From Pseudodesulfovibrio mercurii (lineage in GTDB: Bacteria > Desulfobacterota > Desulfovibrionia > Desulfovibrionales > Desulfovibrionaceae), in assembly GCF_000189295.2 (NCBI RefSeq), contig NC_016803.1, positions 3,630,001-3,662,000 of the forward strand: 32,000 nucleotides of DNA, given 5' to 3'. Positions 31,951-32,000 of the stretch are shown here, piece by piece; the stretch's first letter is position 1, and each line of letters begins with the position of its first letter. Below the pieces are notes generated by a model. It saw only the letters and a list, made by a program, of their open reading frames with translations. It searched no databases and was not told the DNA's origin. Made by a program: the position numbers and the translations under genes.

Positions 31951-32000
31951 GGGGTGCGGCTCCTTGTGCGCGTGGTCTGCCCCGTTTCTAGCAGATTCCC

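Overview
High-GC (about 60-65% G+C in lines counted by hand) chromosomal segment that looks like a Desulfovibrio-type sulfate reducer. All calls come from reading the sequence and ORF translations; no searches were run, and family names rest on recognised motifs. Most long ORFs in the track are antisense or off-frame artefacts of the high GC. About 30 genes are supportable. They include periplasmic [NiFe] hydrogenase small and large subunits, with the maturation protease and a HypC-like chaperone convergent about 1.5 kb away. Others are an SMR efflux protein, a methyltransferase fusion, a TPP enzyme, icd (TTG start), a sirtuin-GNAT pair and a stand-alone TrpB2. Further genes are a META lipoprotein, an exported GH3 NagZ-like enzyme, a rhomboid protease, znuCB-like transporter genes, purU, a gmhA-like SIS gene, a thioredoxin-CcdA pair, nrdG-nrdD and an MscS-family channel. 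No rRNA, tRNA, CRISPR array, transposase or integrase was seen. Five things seem most worth a second look. (1) A roughly 1.1 kb AT-rich single-gene island (25085..26210) encodes an orphan ParA/MinD-type ATPase with a long C-terminal extension, followed by a perfect 16-bp palindrome and an unrecognised 198-aa gene. (2) Four sigma54-type -24/-12 matches sit 50-80 nt upstream of poorly characterised genes: a 513-aa helical protein, a Cys-rich 70-aa plus secreted 180-aa operon, a His-motif 356-aa protein and the methyltransferase fusion. (3) Two intergenic tracts of about 0.55-0.6 kb are full of tandem repeats, long hairpins and G-quadruplex-type runs (2425..2985 and 17586..18196). (4) An identical 14-mer lies upstream of both the thioredoxin-ccdA and nrdGD operons. 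(5) A terminator-containing leader or possible sRNA precedes trpB2. I cannot name a complete novel system with confidence, and the ParA island is the best candidate.
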